NCBI GenBank assembly: GCA_037310415.1
Contig: CP147780.1
Location: 1,120,001-1,184,000, forward strand
Origin: Candidatus Atabeyarchaeum deiterrae
GTDB lineage: Archaea; Asgardarchaeota; Atabeyarchaeia; Atabeyarchaeales; Atabeyarchaeaceae
Length of the DNA: 64,000 bases
Direction: 5' to 3'
Position 1 is the stretch's first letter; every line of letters starts with the position of its first letter. A program made the position numbers and the translations under genes. A model generated the notes under the pieces. The model saw nothing but the letters and a program-made list of their open reading frames with translations. It searched no databases and was not told where the DNA came from. Positions 1 through 9,801 of the stretch are shown in pieces.

Positions 1-445
1 TTGCGAAGGCCATGTCGGTTATTTCACGAATCGATGACGGAACATAGGGTATGTCATAATACTGATCCGATGTGCAGGACAAAAGTACCACATCAGAATT
101 CTCGGGATACCTGAAGAGGGAGCCATCAAACATTCCTTCAACAGTGTCTACCCTTCCTTCGGGCGGAACGTACCACAGGCGGTCTGCAGGCATGTCGTAT
201 TTAGCCATTCCGAATGCCAGAGCAGACGTCTCCTGAGCCAAGTCAGCCAATAGCCTCTTTGACTCTTGGTCACGGATGACAATCCATTTCCACGGTTGAA
301 TGTTTTCTGGAGAAGGTGCTTGTCTCCCTGCATCTATTACTCTTTCCACCATTGCGTCAGGAACTTTTTCACCTTTCTTAAAGTGCCTTATAGTTCTCCT
401 AGTGTACATCGCTTCAAAAACATCCAAAGGCTTTGACACCTCCAT
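1..445 (-). CDS. Nitroreductase family protein (runs off the window start)
   Basis: Manual translation from ATG at 445: MEVSKPLDVFEAMYTRRTIRHFKK...AGRQAPSPENIQPWKWIVIRD, matching RRSxR and APSxxNxQPW motifs. Confidence 0.85.
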   Translation of the reverse strand, partial: MEVSKPLDVFEAMYTRRTIRHFKKGEKVPDAMVERVIDAGRQAPSPENIQPWKWIVIRDQESKRLLADLAQETSALAFGMAKYDMPADRLWYVPPEGRVDTVEGMFDGSLFRYPENSDVVLLSCTSDQYYDIPYVPSSIREITDMAFA

Positions 446-811
446 GTTGACTAAGTCGCCTTTATTTCGTAATGAGTTTAAAAGCATATTGGGCGACTCA
501 TATGTGCCTGCAGGAGAAGGAAGAAGACTAATCCACTCAAACATAGGACCCCTCTTGCGGAGTCCAGGTGAGCGCAAATGCGTTAGGCTATGGTATTCAG
601 AGGAAATCGGACTTAATGCAATACATTTCTTACAGTTGTCGATATTACTGTTGTTAATTTGCTCCTGAAGATTTATGGCGAGGCAAATCGTCTCTCTCCG
701 AACGCATCTTAATCGGTTGATCGTCACTTATATAAGGGTGAAGAAACGAAACACATTTCAGACAAGTACAGTATAAGGAATTGAAAAAAAGAGAGCGAGA
801 GAGGATAGACT

Positions 812-1087
812 TTGGGTTTTGACCAAATGATAAAGAAGGGCATCACGAAAGCAACATTCATGGGCGGAGTACTCGTAATGATACTCACTTTAGTCATAGG
901 GCTTGTACTTGAAATCATTTTTCTACCCGTTCTGTTTTCGAGCATGACGTATCTTTTGCTCGACATCGTAGGCTTGGCAATAACTGGTTTCATAGCGGGC
1001 GCCATAACTGTATACATAATCATGAAGCAAACAATAAAGCAATTCATGCCGCTCATTCAGTCGTTGCTTCCCAAGCCCAAGAAGTAG
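812..1087 (+). CDS. Small two-TM membrane protein, unknown function
   Basis: 91 aa, two hydrophobic helices, basic C-terminus, purine-rich RBS before TTG. Confidence 0.7.
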   Translation: MGFDQMIKKGITKATFMGGVLVMILTLVIGLVLEIIFLPVLFSSMTYLLLDIVGLAITGFIAGAITVYIIMKQTIKQFMPLIQSLLPKPKK

Positions 1088-1244
1088 CTGAAGGGAAGAG
1101 GCAAGGTAGGATAAAGCCGACCTGTCGAATAGTAGAAGCGAGATACGCCCGGGGTTAGATCTTCGGGGAGGGAGGCATATAGAGCTCTCCCTTGTTTTAT
1201 TTCTCAAATTCGCACCTGATTTACCTACTACACCAGTTTTCGAC

Positions 1245-2321
1245 GTGGTGATGCAAATGCCCAGGAACAGATCAAGTGATTTATCTCCATTTGACAGAGT
1301 TCGTTCAGCAATTGAGCTTCGAGAAACTGATAGAGTGCCTGTAGTTCCCGAGATAACCTATACTTGTGGCAGACTTGTTCACTTGAAGTTCTCGGAAGCT
1401 TTGAAGAGCGCAGAGAAGATGGCAAAAGCATTGGTGACAGGGTACAAGGAATTCGGTTACGACGGTATTTATGCAGGATGGGAAGGATCTTTTACTGTCA
1501 CGGCTGAAGCAATGGGCTCGAAGCTGAAAATACCCGATGATGGGATTCCAAGCGTGGACGGAGCTCTGGTGAACCAGGAAACGGATCTCGACAAAATTAG
1601 GATTCCGGATCCAAAAAGAGATGGCAGGCTGCCTCTACACCTGCAATCGATCAAGCTAATCAGAGAATCTGTAGGAGATAAGGTTCCTATCTTCAGCTAC
1701 GTTCCTGGCCCGCTGACGCTTTCGGGTCTACTTCGCAAGACGGATGTGTTAATGTTGGACCTAATCAGAAACCCCAAAATGGTTCATTCCATGAACAGGC
1801 TCACCATGGAAGCTTCGAAAGCATTCGCGTTGGCTAAGATAGAGAGTGGAGCAGACGTCATAGTAGTGGCAGATCCAAGTGCATCAACAACCATGATCTC
1901 TCCAAAGATGTTCGAAGGCTATTCCTTGCCATACCTCAAGGAGATTCTGAACCAAATATCAAAAGCTGGTGCTATTCCATCCCTGCATATTTGTGGCCAG
2001 ACCACACCGATTCTTGAGGGAATGGTTGAAAGCGGAGCGAAGATTCTCGAACTTGACTCCCAGGTCAACTTGAAGGAGGCCAAACACAGGGTAGGGGCCA
2101 AGATATGTATTCAAGGGAACGTAAACCCGACAGGGATCCTGATGCAAGGTAGCGTTGATGATGTCATTAGAGAAGCAAGAAGATGCATTGAAGACGCTGC
2201 GAAGGGAGGAGGCTTCATCCTCAGCAGTGGATGCGAAGTACCATATGAAGCGAAGATAGCAAACATCAAATCGCTTGTCGAGGCCGCCCTCAAATTCGGT
2301 AAATATGGAAGCATTCACTAA
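1245..2321 (+). CDS. MtaA/CmuA (URO-D family) methylcobamide methyltransferase
   Basis: DRVPVVP N-terminus; Zn ligands LHICG and ILSSGCE; GNVNP motif. Confidence 0.88.
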   Translation: MVMQMPRNRSSDLSPFDRVRSAIELRETDRVPVVPEITYTCGRLVHLKFSEALKSAEKMAKALVTGYKEFGYDGIYAGWEGSFTVTAEAMGSKLKIPDDGIPSVDGALVNQETDLDKIRIPDPKRDGRLPLHLQSIKLIRESVGDKVPIFSYVPGPLTLSGLLRKTDVLMLDLIRNPKMVHSMNRLTMEASKAFALAKIESGADVIVVADPSASTTMISPKMFEGYSLPYLKEILNQISKAGAIPSLHICGQTTPILEGMVESGAKILELDSQVNLKEAKHRVGAKICIQGNVNPTGILMQGSVDDVIREARRCIEDAAKGGGFILSSGCEVPYEAKIANIKSLVEAALKFGKYGSIH

Positions 2322-2463
2322 CAAATACTATTTAAGTCATAGATCAGTAGAGTAATCGTAAGGAACTAGGACGTTTGAAACCTGTTCCGACGAGTAGAGC
2401 TTTTTGCCCGAATGCTTGGGAAGATACATTTCGAAGCAATCAAGTGTTCAGAGGGAGATACCA

Positions 2464-2805
2464 ATGTTAGTTAAAGTCAGAATTACACGAGTGACTAGCT
2501 TCAAGTCTCCTGACGGGAAACTCGGGAGGCAGATCGACTTTGCCGAAGAGCAGAAGATCAGGCAGCCAATCTTCGCGTCAGCAGAACATGACCAGAATTC
2601 TATGGGAGTGGATGTGGCGGCTCTCATGGGACCACTCATGAAAGGCTTCCAAGGAATGTTTCCAATGGCTGTGCCTAGAATGAGCGTCTGGCTCCTAGAA
2701 GAGGAAATAGAAGAGCTTGGAATACCGATCGAGGTTAATAGGATCTACAACATGGAGATCGTAGGTGGACAGATAAATCTCAAGCCCTTAGAGAATGAAG
2801 ATTAA
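2464..2805 (+). CDS. Arcadin-1-like protein
   Basis: Pattern VRITRV..SPDGK..IDFAEE...VPRMSVWLLEEEIEELG..IEV..IYNMEI..GQI resembles Pyrobaculum arcadin-1 as recalled. Confidence 0.7.
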   Translation: MLVKVRITRVTSFKSPDGKLGRQIDFAEEQKIRQPIFASAEHDQNSMGVDVAALMGPLMKGFQGMFPMAVPRMSVWLLEEEIEELGIPIEVNRIYNMEIVGGQINLKPLENED

Positions 2806-2841
2806 CATTAGTGATGTGGGTCATGTGGTTGTGTCTTTTAG

Positions 2842-3306
2842 ATGAGAGTCATAGGTATTGTTCTGGAAAAGCTTGAGGCAGAGCGAAACATAGGATTTGA
2901 AGAGCAATTTCCACCTGTCAAGAGTGTAGGAAACAACGTCAGGGTCAAGTCTGTCCAGAATGCTTCTCTGCCAACTCCATCAGGAAATTTCGAGGCTTTG
3001 CGAGTTGGATTTGCGTTCCAGTGCATTTACGACCCTAATGTCGCATCAATCCGCATCGAGGGACAGGCAATCTGTCAGGTCTCGAAAAGTGAAGAGGACA
3101 AGATGCTGTCTTCTTGGAGAAGTCGCGCTGATCTGCCACCAGACCTCATGCCTCTCATAGTTGGTCCGATCATAATGAAATGCCTGGTTAAGGCAGCAGG
3201 ATTATCTGATGACCTCCAGGTTCCGCCACCAATTCCACCGCCGCCTATGCCGAGTCCTCAAACGAGGAAGAAGGATGAGAAAGAGGGCGAAAGTTATATC
3301 GCATAA
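2842..3306 (+). CDS. Conserved archaeal protein, probable SecB-like fold
   Basis: Beta-rich N-terminus (F..IY.P....I.IEG), helical region, then LQVPPPIP and a YIA C-terminus typical of this family. Confidence 0.6.
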   Translation: MRVIGIVLEKLEAERNIGFEEQFPPVKSVGNNVRVKSVQNASLPTPSGNFEALRVGFAFQCIYDPNVASIRIEGQAICQVSKSEEDKMLSSWRSRADLPPDLMPLIVGPIIMKCLVKAAGLSDDLQVPPPIPPPPMPSPQTRKKDEKEGESYIA

Positions 3307-3321
3307 CGACAATGACTTTCG

Positions 3322-4236
3322 CTAGTTGTGTATATTGTTCCCATGTTTTGATGTAATGACTCTAGAGTAGTAATCTACCTTGCCTACTTGCTTGAACCCT
3401 ACTTCGTCTAGAGCTCCTTTTACAGGAGAATTTTCTTCAACATCGCTGACAATGTAATCACATTGATTGCGCCTGGCAGATTGCATGACATTGGTTAGCA
3501 GTGCCTTCGCAAGATCTAAGCTGTCCCCGCGACTTGGCAAGATACTCATCTTATCGACATACTCAATGTTTCTGCAAATTGTATAGCCAATGGTACCGAC
3601 CATCAGAGTCCCATCATACACTATTAACCTGACCAAGTCATCGTCTTCCAAGGTTCCAACGGGTGTCTCGGAGTGAACCTGTTTCACAGTATCTTCGAAT
3701 GGTCGTGAAGTGGTGGCCGATATGAATAGTGCTCTCCAGTCAAGAGCAGATCCTGCCTTCTTGACCTTGAACCTGCTATCGGGAGATTCTTTTATTCTCC
3801 TTAAGCGGGCAACTTCCAAGAGATACCTGTCTTCAGCTTTTCTGCTGAACTTGTTTTCTTCCATTGCCATCCTAAACTTAGGAGAGTTGATAGGCACAAC
3901 ATACTTGGCTTCTAGATCAGGCGCTCTCCTAGATCCAAGGAGCGATAAAACCTCAGCTAATAGGGCTAGAAGAACCTCTTTTTCGCTTCGGATAGCATGC
4001 ATGAAAAGTATCTCTGTTCTCATCGGCTCCGGAGATGACGCCAGTATGCATGAACCAGCGGCTCCCTTATCATCGACCGCCAGCGAGAATCTTACTTCCC
4101 TACCGACGACACACGACAGCTTCTCCTCTGGAAAAATGACATCGGCAAATGGGATGACGAGTTCTCGGGGAACCGCTCTTCGGAAGTTTTGAATCACACT
4201 ATGACAGGAATGCAGATTAGATTGTATTACCTTCAC
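3322..4236 (-). CDS. Tandem GNAT-fold protein
   Basis: C-terminal VGTIGY...MSILPSRG...LAKALL...LDEVGFKQVG GNAT-like pattern; degenerate N-terminal copy. Confidence 0.55.
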   Translation of the reverse strand: MKVIQSNLHSCHSVIQNFRRAVPRELVIPFADVIFPEEKLSCVVGREVRFSLAVDDKGAAGSCILASSPEPMRTEILFMHAIRSEKEVLLALLAEVLSLLGSRRAPDLEAKYVVPINSPKFRMAMEENKFSRKAEDRYLLEVARLRRIKESPDSRFKVKKAGSALDWRALFISATTSRPFEDTVKQVHSETPVGTLEDDDLVRLIVYDGTLMVGTIGYTICRNIEYVDKMSILPSRGDSLDLAKALLTNVMQSARRNQCDYIVSDVEENSPVKGALDEVGFKQVGKVDYYSRVITSKHGNNIHN

Positions 4237-4446
4237 AGTCCACTCTAACCGCCCGATATATTGATTCTAAAGAGGACGCTCAGGAGCGTGTAACATCAGT
4301 GACTCAGAAGTTCACAGCGTACTGATAGATAACTTCATATTCTATCCAATAGACTATAAAAACATGTTCCAATATCTCAAAGCGAACTGAGGAGAGAGGA
4401 CTGAAAGAATAACCCCTGAGACTAATGATTCAGAAGCCTTCTGGAT

Positions 4447-4956
4447 TTGGGTTCCGAGGATGAAACGACCATGTCGCGCTCTTCTAAGACTGAACGCTGG
4501 GAGATAGTCAAGCAAACACCTCCAATTGATAAGAAGATCGCCATATTGGTCGACGGACCGAACATGCTCCGCAAGGAGTTTAATGTGAAACTTGAATACA
4601 TCAGGGAGCCCGTGGAGCGGCTTGGCAACATAGTAATAGCCAAGGTTTTCTTGAACACTTTTGCAACTGACAGGCTGCTGGAGGCAATAGCAAATAGTGG
4701 GTTCACGCCTGTGGTGACTGCTATCGACATCTATACCACCATGGCTGTTGAAGCAATCGATGCGATAGAAAGCCACAAGATCAATACAATTGCACTAGCG
4801 AGCCGACATGCGAGATGCGCCCCTATCTTGCGAAAAGTCAAGGAAAAGGGTGTTGAAAGTGTCTCAATAGGTTTTGAGCCGGGATTCAGCACAGCTCTGC
4901 AAAACGCCTCTGATTATGTCATTAAAATCGTTACAGGAAATAGCGTTGGCAAGTGA
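4447..4956 (+). CDS. NYN/LabA-DUF88 (TIGR00288-like) PIN-domain protein
   Basis: ILVDGPNMLRKEF and GFEPGFSTALQNASDYVI signatures. Confidence 0.85.
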   Translation: MGSEDETTMSRSSKTERWEIVKQTPPIDKKIAILVDGPNMLRKEFNVKLEYIREPVERLGNIVIAKVFLNTFATDRLLEAIANSGFTPVVTAIDIYTTMAVEAIDAIESHKINTIALASRHARCAPILRKVKEKGVESVSIGFEPGFSTALQNASDYVIKIVTGNSVGK

Positions 4957-5079
4957 TTGTTCTAGATCGCTGTTTCTTGTCAGGAGGTGGGGAGCATAGA
5001 GTCCTGTGTCTTGCGGATCCACTAGGAACGCCCAGAACTCGAGATAAAGTGATCCATACATTCAAAAAAGGAATCTTCC

Positions 5080-5799
5080 CTACTTCTTCGACTTATCGAC
5101 GTAGATCTTTATCTCAGCTCTACCCAGTTTCATGTATTTCTTCTCCACAGCCGAGATGTAAGCAATCTCAATCTTGTCCGGTGGCAAAGTTTCTCTTATG
5201 CCTGCTGCCAACGCCTTCAAACCAAGTACTATACCATCTTCTCTTGAGAGGTCAGGATTATAGTTCTTCTCAAAGTACTCTCTGGTTGCATCTGTCCCTC
5301 TTCCTATTGCCGAAGCTTTCCAGTTCCAGTAACTCCCACTTGGAAACGTTGTGAATAACTCTGGCCCCAAGTCATCGATCCCTGCTAACATGAGTGCCAC
5401 GCCAAAGGGTCTGACTCCAGCTTGCTGAGTATATTGCTGCATCAAATCACACAGACGCCTAGTCAGATTCTCAACGGATATTGGCTCATCATAGGTTAAT
5501 CTGTTGACCTGAGCCTGCACTCTGGCATAATCAATCAGCCGCCTGGCGTCAGATTGAAGGCCCGCAATTGAAGCCATTATGTGAGTGTCGATAGGAAGTA
5601 TCTTTGTGTTGTCTTCGGGCTCCATCAACTGCTCAAGTCTGTTCTCTGCGATCATAATAACATCGTTCTTAACCTTCACACCAACGACTATCGCGCCACG
5701 ACGGATAGCTTCCATAGCATACTCTACTTGGAAAAGTCTTCCGTCAGGGCTAAATACGGTTATGGCACTGTCGTAGCCAACTCCAGGAGGTCCAAACAT
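5080..5799 (-). CDS. psmA: Proteasome subunit alpha
   Basis: YDSAITVFSPDGRLFQVEYA signature; YTQQAGVRPFGV. Confidence 0.97.
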   Translation of the reverse strand: MFGPPGVGYDSAITVFSPDGRLFQVEYAMEAIRRGAIVVGVKVKNDVIMIAENRLEQLMEPEDNTKILPIDTHIMASIAGLQSDARRLIDYARVQAQVNRLTYDEPISVENLTRRLCDLMQQYTQQAGVRPFGVALMLAGIDDLGPELFTTFPSGSYWNWKASAIGRGTDATREYFEKNYNPDLSREDGIVLGLKALAAGIRETLPPDKIEIAYISAVEKKYMKLGRAEIKIYVDKSKK

Positions 5800-6016
5800 T
5801 TCACAACACCTTGCTTTGGTTCAAAGCATACATCTTGCGAATGAATTCAGTGATGACACCTGAGGTGCCAGTCAGAAGTTACATTTGGTTCTTAAGAGAG
5901 AGCATCCATTTAAATCTAATGGTATCGTACTGTATCAACTGAGAATCCACTCTGGTAAACTGCGAAGTGAAACTCTTAAATTCAAAGAATGTAATACATT
6001 TGTCAGGCTGATCGAT

Positions 6017-6673
6017 ATGAAATATCACATTTATACGTGGGATGAATGTTACAAGCAATGCAAGGAAGTTGCAAGGCTGATCAGGAAGAGCAAATTCTTC
6101 CCTGACGTGATTGTGGCGTTGGCGAGAAGTGGCTTTGTTCCTGGGAGAGTCCTATCAGATCTTCTCATGGTTGATGAGCTATTTGGCCTGCAAGTCCATC
6201 ACGTGATGACAGGAGAGGTACCTGACATGGCTGAGGCTGATGTTGAAGAAGAATACGAAGCAGTAATTCCGTTCAAGGCACCTCTTAACGTGAAGGGTGT
6301 GAGAGTGCTGACAGTGGACGACATCGCTGGCACAGGCAAAAGCATGACTGCAGCCATTCAATACTTGGAGAGCTTGGGACCAAAAGAGTTGAAGACAGCC
6401 ACTTTAGGTTACTCAACCGAATCTATAATAAGACCAGACTTTCATTCTGCTACAGTTGGAGAATCTGATTGGGTCCTCTATCCTTGGAACTATTTTGAAG
6501 ACTTTTCAGAGCTGATACTCAAGGCTAAACACAAACTTAGACAGCACGATGCCAGTGCAGAAATCCTAGTTAAGGCAATAGAGGAGAACTTTGGCGTACG
6601 TGTGCCGCTGGAGGAATTGAAATACGTTCTAGAGTCAACCAAGGAACCTCCCGCCCCCAGGAGTTCTAAGTGA
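6017..6673 (+). CDS. Type I phosphoribosyltransferase (purine PRT-like)
   Basis: PDVIVALARSG, PRPP loop VLTVDDIAGTG, WVLYPW; start moved to ATG 6017. Confidence 0.85.
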   Translation: MKYHIYTWDECYKQCKEVARLIRKSKFFPDVIVALARSGFVPGRVLSDLLMVDELFGLQVHHVMTGEVPDMAEADVEEEYEAVIPFKAPLNVKGVRVLTVDDIAGTGKSMTAAIQYLESLGPKELKTATLGYSTESIIRPDFHSATVGESDWVLYPWNYFEDFSELILKAKHKLRQHDASAEILVKAIEENFGVRVPLEELKYVLESTKEPPAPRSSK

Positions 6674-6749
6674 AGTTTGGTTTTCCACAATTGCTGGCAG
6701 CTACCTTGGAATTCTTCGTTTTTTCCTTTTCTTTGAGACAGTTGCGGAG

Positions 6750-7532
6750 GTGTCTGCATTGGACCTTAGAGAGCTAACCAAAGGTCTGCCAAAGACAGAT
6801 CTCCTATATTGGAAAGACTCATACGCCAGGAGTTTTGAATCCAACGTCGTGAGAGTTGCTCGTGACGGAAAGAGAAAGGCATACATGATCACACGAGCGT
6901 CTGCCTTTCATCCCAAAGGTGGCGGTCAGCCATCAGATACTGGAACAATAGCAACGAAGTCAGGGGTAGGTCTAGTAGTCAAGAAAGTGATGATTGTAGA
7001 TGGTGTAATAGTGCACTACGGCGAAGTGACTGAAGGAGCATCTGACCAGCTTCAAGTTGGATTGAATGTGCATGGTGAAATCGATTGGAATGAACGATAC
7101 GCAGCAATGAGAAAGCATACCGCTGGTCACCTCCTTGATCATTGTCTTGAGACTGCAACTGGGAGGCCCTCCAAGACTGTTGACTCGTGGCTCGGTGAGC
7201 CTAGTTATGTAACGTATGCTGGTGAGGCTCCCGATAAGAACCAATTACGTAGAGCAAGAGAGCTTGAAATCGAAGGGATAATGAAGGCCCTGCCTGTAAG
7301 AGTCGATTTTGTCTCATATGAGAGAATGTTGAAGATCGCTGGTGATGCTCCGAATATAGAAAGGTTGCCCAAGTCTGACTTGATGAGGATTGTCACGATC
7401 GAAGGTTACAAGCCCATACCCTGCGGTGGGACGCATGTGAAGAACACAAGTGAAATCGGTGAATTCGAGTTACTGAATGTTGAGACGGTCGAAGGTGGCA
7501 AGGATTTCAAGGTGTATTATACTGCCAAATAG
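6750..7532 (+). CDS. alaXM: Alanyl-tRNA editing protein AlaX-M
   Basis: FHPKGGGQPSDTG, HTAGH and CGGTH Zn motifs. Confidence 0.9.
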   Translation: MSALDLRELTKGLPKTDLLYWKDSYARSFESNVVRVARDGKRKAYMITRASAFHPKGGGQPSDTGTIATKSGVGLVVKKVMIVDGVIVHYGEVTEGASDQLQVGLNVHGEIDWNERYAAMRKHTAGHLLDHCLETATGRPSKTVDSWLGEPSYVTYAGEAPDKNQLRRARELEIEGIMKALPVRVDFVSYERMLKIAGDAPNIERLPKSDLMRIVTIEGYKPIPCGGTHVKNTSEIGEFELLNVETVEGGKDFKVYYTAK

Positions 7533-7601
7533 GAACCACGTTCTTCTCTCGACACAAGGGGCGTAGATTAAAGTGGTATCATTAAGAGGCTTGGTCCAGA
7601 A

Positions 7602-8327
7602 TTGAGATCAGTGGATGTCTCCTTGGTTGGAGTTTTCGGGGCGTTAATAGCCCTCTCATATTTCATACCATTGAGCGTAGTGATCGGTGTCACAGAAGTA
7701 TTTCGCCTAGTTTGGGTTATTCAAACGCTTACAGGAATTCTGCTTGGTCCATATCTTGGTGGAGGAGCAGCTGCGATAGGTGGAATTGTAGGCAACTTGA
7801 TCAGCCCATCAGTTTTTGGTCCGATAGCCGTTATTCTCCCGGTATTGGCAGCTCTTCAAGCGGGTCTGATAACCTGGGGATACTGGCATATCGCGACACT
7901 TCCACTAGGTCTCCTGATTGTTGTATGGTTTATTCTACCAGTTGGCCTAGCTGCCTGGCCCATGGCGATCTACCACGTTCTTGGTCTCATCATTATTGTC
8001 GTTACAGGCAAAATGCTGCCTCTTATGATTAGAGAGCCGAAAGACCACAAACGCATCTTCGTAGGCTGGGTTATGATAGCTTATTGTGCCGACATTACCA
8101 GACATATGCTCGGGAATATCTTCACAGCTCTGATTCTCCCATTCCCAGCCGCCTTGGTTGCGTTTTGGGGCGCATTGCCTATGACTGCGGTTGAACAGAT
8201 ATTGTTTGCTGTGGCATCAGCGTTAATAGGCGTTCCAACTCTCTTAGCCATCAGAGGTAGCAGACTCGAGATCCCTCTCACTCGCCTAGGAAGAGAACAG
8301 ACTGTTAACAAAGGCAAGGTTCATTAG
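7602..8327 (+). CDS. ECF transporter S component
   Basis: Multiple TMs; GILLGPYLG...AIGG S-component motif. Confidence 0.7.
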   Translation: MRSVDVSLVGVFGALIALSYFIPLSVVIGVTEVFRLVWVIQTLTGILLGPYLGGGAAAIGGIVGNLISPSVFGPIAVILPVLAALQAGLITWGYWHIATLPLGLLIVVWFILPVGLAAWPMAIYHVLGLIIIVVTGKMLPLMIREPKDHKRIFVGWVMIAYCADITRHMLGNIFTALILPFPAALVAFWGALPMTAVEQILFAVASALIGVPTLLAIRGSRLEIPLTRLGREQTVNKGKVH

Positions 8328-8435
8328 CTTTTTCTTCGATCCAGTTCTATCAAATAAACTCAGCAAAGAAATAAAACACAGCTATCTTCAGTAAAGACCG
8401 TGATCATTGAAATATGCAACTTAAGGGGATTGAAC

Positions 8436-8699
8436 ATGCCAGGCAAGTTCCGTGAGACACTTCGAGACCTGAAGCGTACGAAGTCAGCATCGAAGACAAT
8501 CCGAATCTGCCCAGTGTGCAATAGACCTACACTGAGAATGGCAGATAGCATATCAGGTTGGATGACTGCTGAAACATACAAATGTGATGCCTGCGGGTAC
8601 CGTGGACAAGTCTATCTTGAAGTAGATGCAGACGAGTACGAAAAATGGATACTGAAAGAGCGCCGTGATTCTAAACGTGACAAAGATGATAACGCGTAA
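8436..8699 (+). CDS. Small zinc-ribbon protein
   Basis: CPVC...GWM...YKCDACGYRG. Confidence 0.75.
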   Translation: MPGKFRETLRDLKRTKSASKTIRICPVCNRPTLRMADSISGWMTAETYKCDACGYRGQVYLEVDADEYEKWILKERRDSKRDKDDNA

Positions 8700-8837
8700 C
8701 GAACTTCTCACGGCAACATCCTCTGCACTAGTTACGACCACGTTATAAAAGCAGATCATGAGAATCTCTATCCGAATTGAGAAGATAACCCGCAACAACG
8801 GGCGAAGATGAAAAGAAAAGAAAGAGGAAGCGGCAAA

Positions 8838-9398
8838 TCAAACGATCTCATATGTGGATCCGTCCGTTGAAGTTGGTCTCATCTTGTTGACATTAGATGA
8901 TAGCAGGAATTTGATCGAAAGCTGCACCTTCTCCTTTTCCTCTGCGGGAAGATACTTGTAGGGCTTGCCGAGCAAGTGCAAAGCAAAGAAATCCAATGTA
9001 ACATTCCTCCGTCCAAGCTCCTTTAGCCTTTGAACAACTCTCTCAGCCTCAGCCCTTCCGCTTGCAGGCAAGTCTCTTCGCAATTCTCCTCCTCCAATAT
9101 TGATGGGGGACGACTCTCTTTCACCTTTTATCCACATTGCGTTGCGTATCTTCTCAAATGACTGTTCAACTGTTCTGATCGCACTTACCAAGTAGTCGAC
9201 TGTCTGTCTCAGGGTTACTCCGTCGTACTTCTGATCGGCGATAAACGTGAGTTTATCCATTATTGTGTCTATGTCCATTTTCCAGCGATCAGACATTTCT
9301 CTCACGACGTCAAGAACACAACTCATGCATGTGGGGCAATCCTCTTCGTTGACCCACTTTGCGCGCTTGATACAGTACTTTTTCTTGTCTATGCTCAA
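8838..9398 (-). CDS. Hypothetical protein with N-terminal 4-Cys cluster
   Basis: 186-aa ORF with GGGGGA RBS; C-x11-CPTCMSC. Confidence 0.7.
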   Translation of the reverse strand: MSIDKKKYCIKRAKWVNEEDCPTCMSCVLDVVREMSDRWKMDIDTIMDKLTFIADQKYDGVTLRQTVDYLVSAIRTVEQSFEKIRNAMWIKGERESSPINIGGGELRRDLPASGRAEAERVVQRLKELGRRNVTLDFFALHLLGKPYKYLPAEEKEKVQLSIKFLLSSNVNKMRPTSTDGSTYEIV

Positions 9399-9801
9399 GG
9401 CGAGTCCCCCAACTAATCCTTAGTACTATGGTGCTCAGTAATCCAATACAGAATCCCGAAGCGTTTTTTAATCTTTCTTCGGCTTCCTTCAGAAGAGTGA
9501 TTTCTTTGCGACAACCGCAAATCATCTCACAATATTCCCAGCCCAGAAATCGTCTACGCAGCCAGAATCTTGTCGTCACGTTACTATTCAAAGACCACGG
9601 AGAAGTGACAGGAGGATGAGAGGTTTTTTTCAACAAAAGCACTGGATCGCACGCGTGTGAAACAATTAAAAAGCCAACTCCTTAATGTATTCAGCAAGAA
9701 TAGGGCCGCAATAGTGATTCAAGAGATCGGTCATGTCACTCTTAGATTGACCTACTGGGACTGGTTTTTTTCGCAGTCTATCATTTGGAGCGTGCAGAGC
9801 A

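Noticed and set aside
454-498. AGTCGCC/GGCGACT inverted repeat around a TATA-like site
   Set aside because: Only 7 bp with a 31-bp spacer, and one arm doubles as the RBS; not distinguishable from chance.
6314-6340. PRT loop VDDIAGTG as a dead enzyme
   Set aside because: APRT-type enzymes also lack Asp at this position, so it is not evidence of inactivity.
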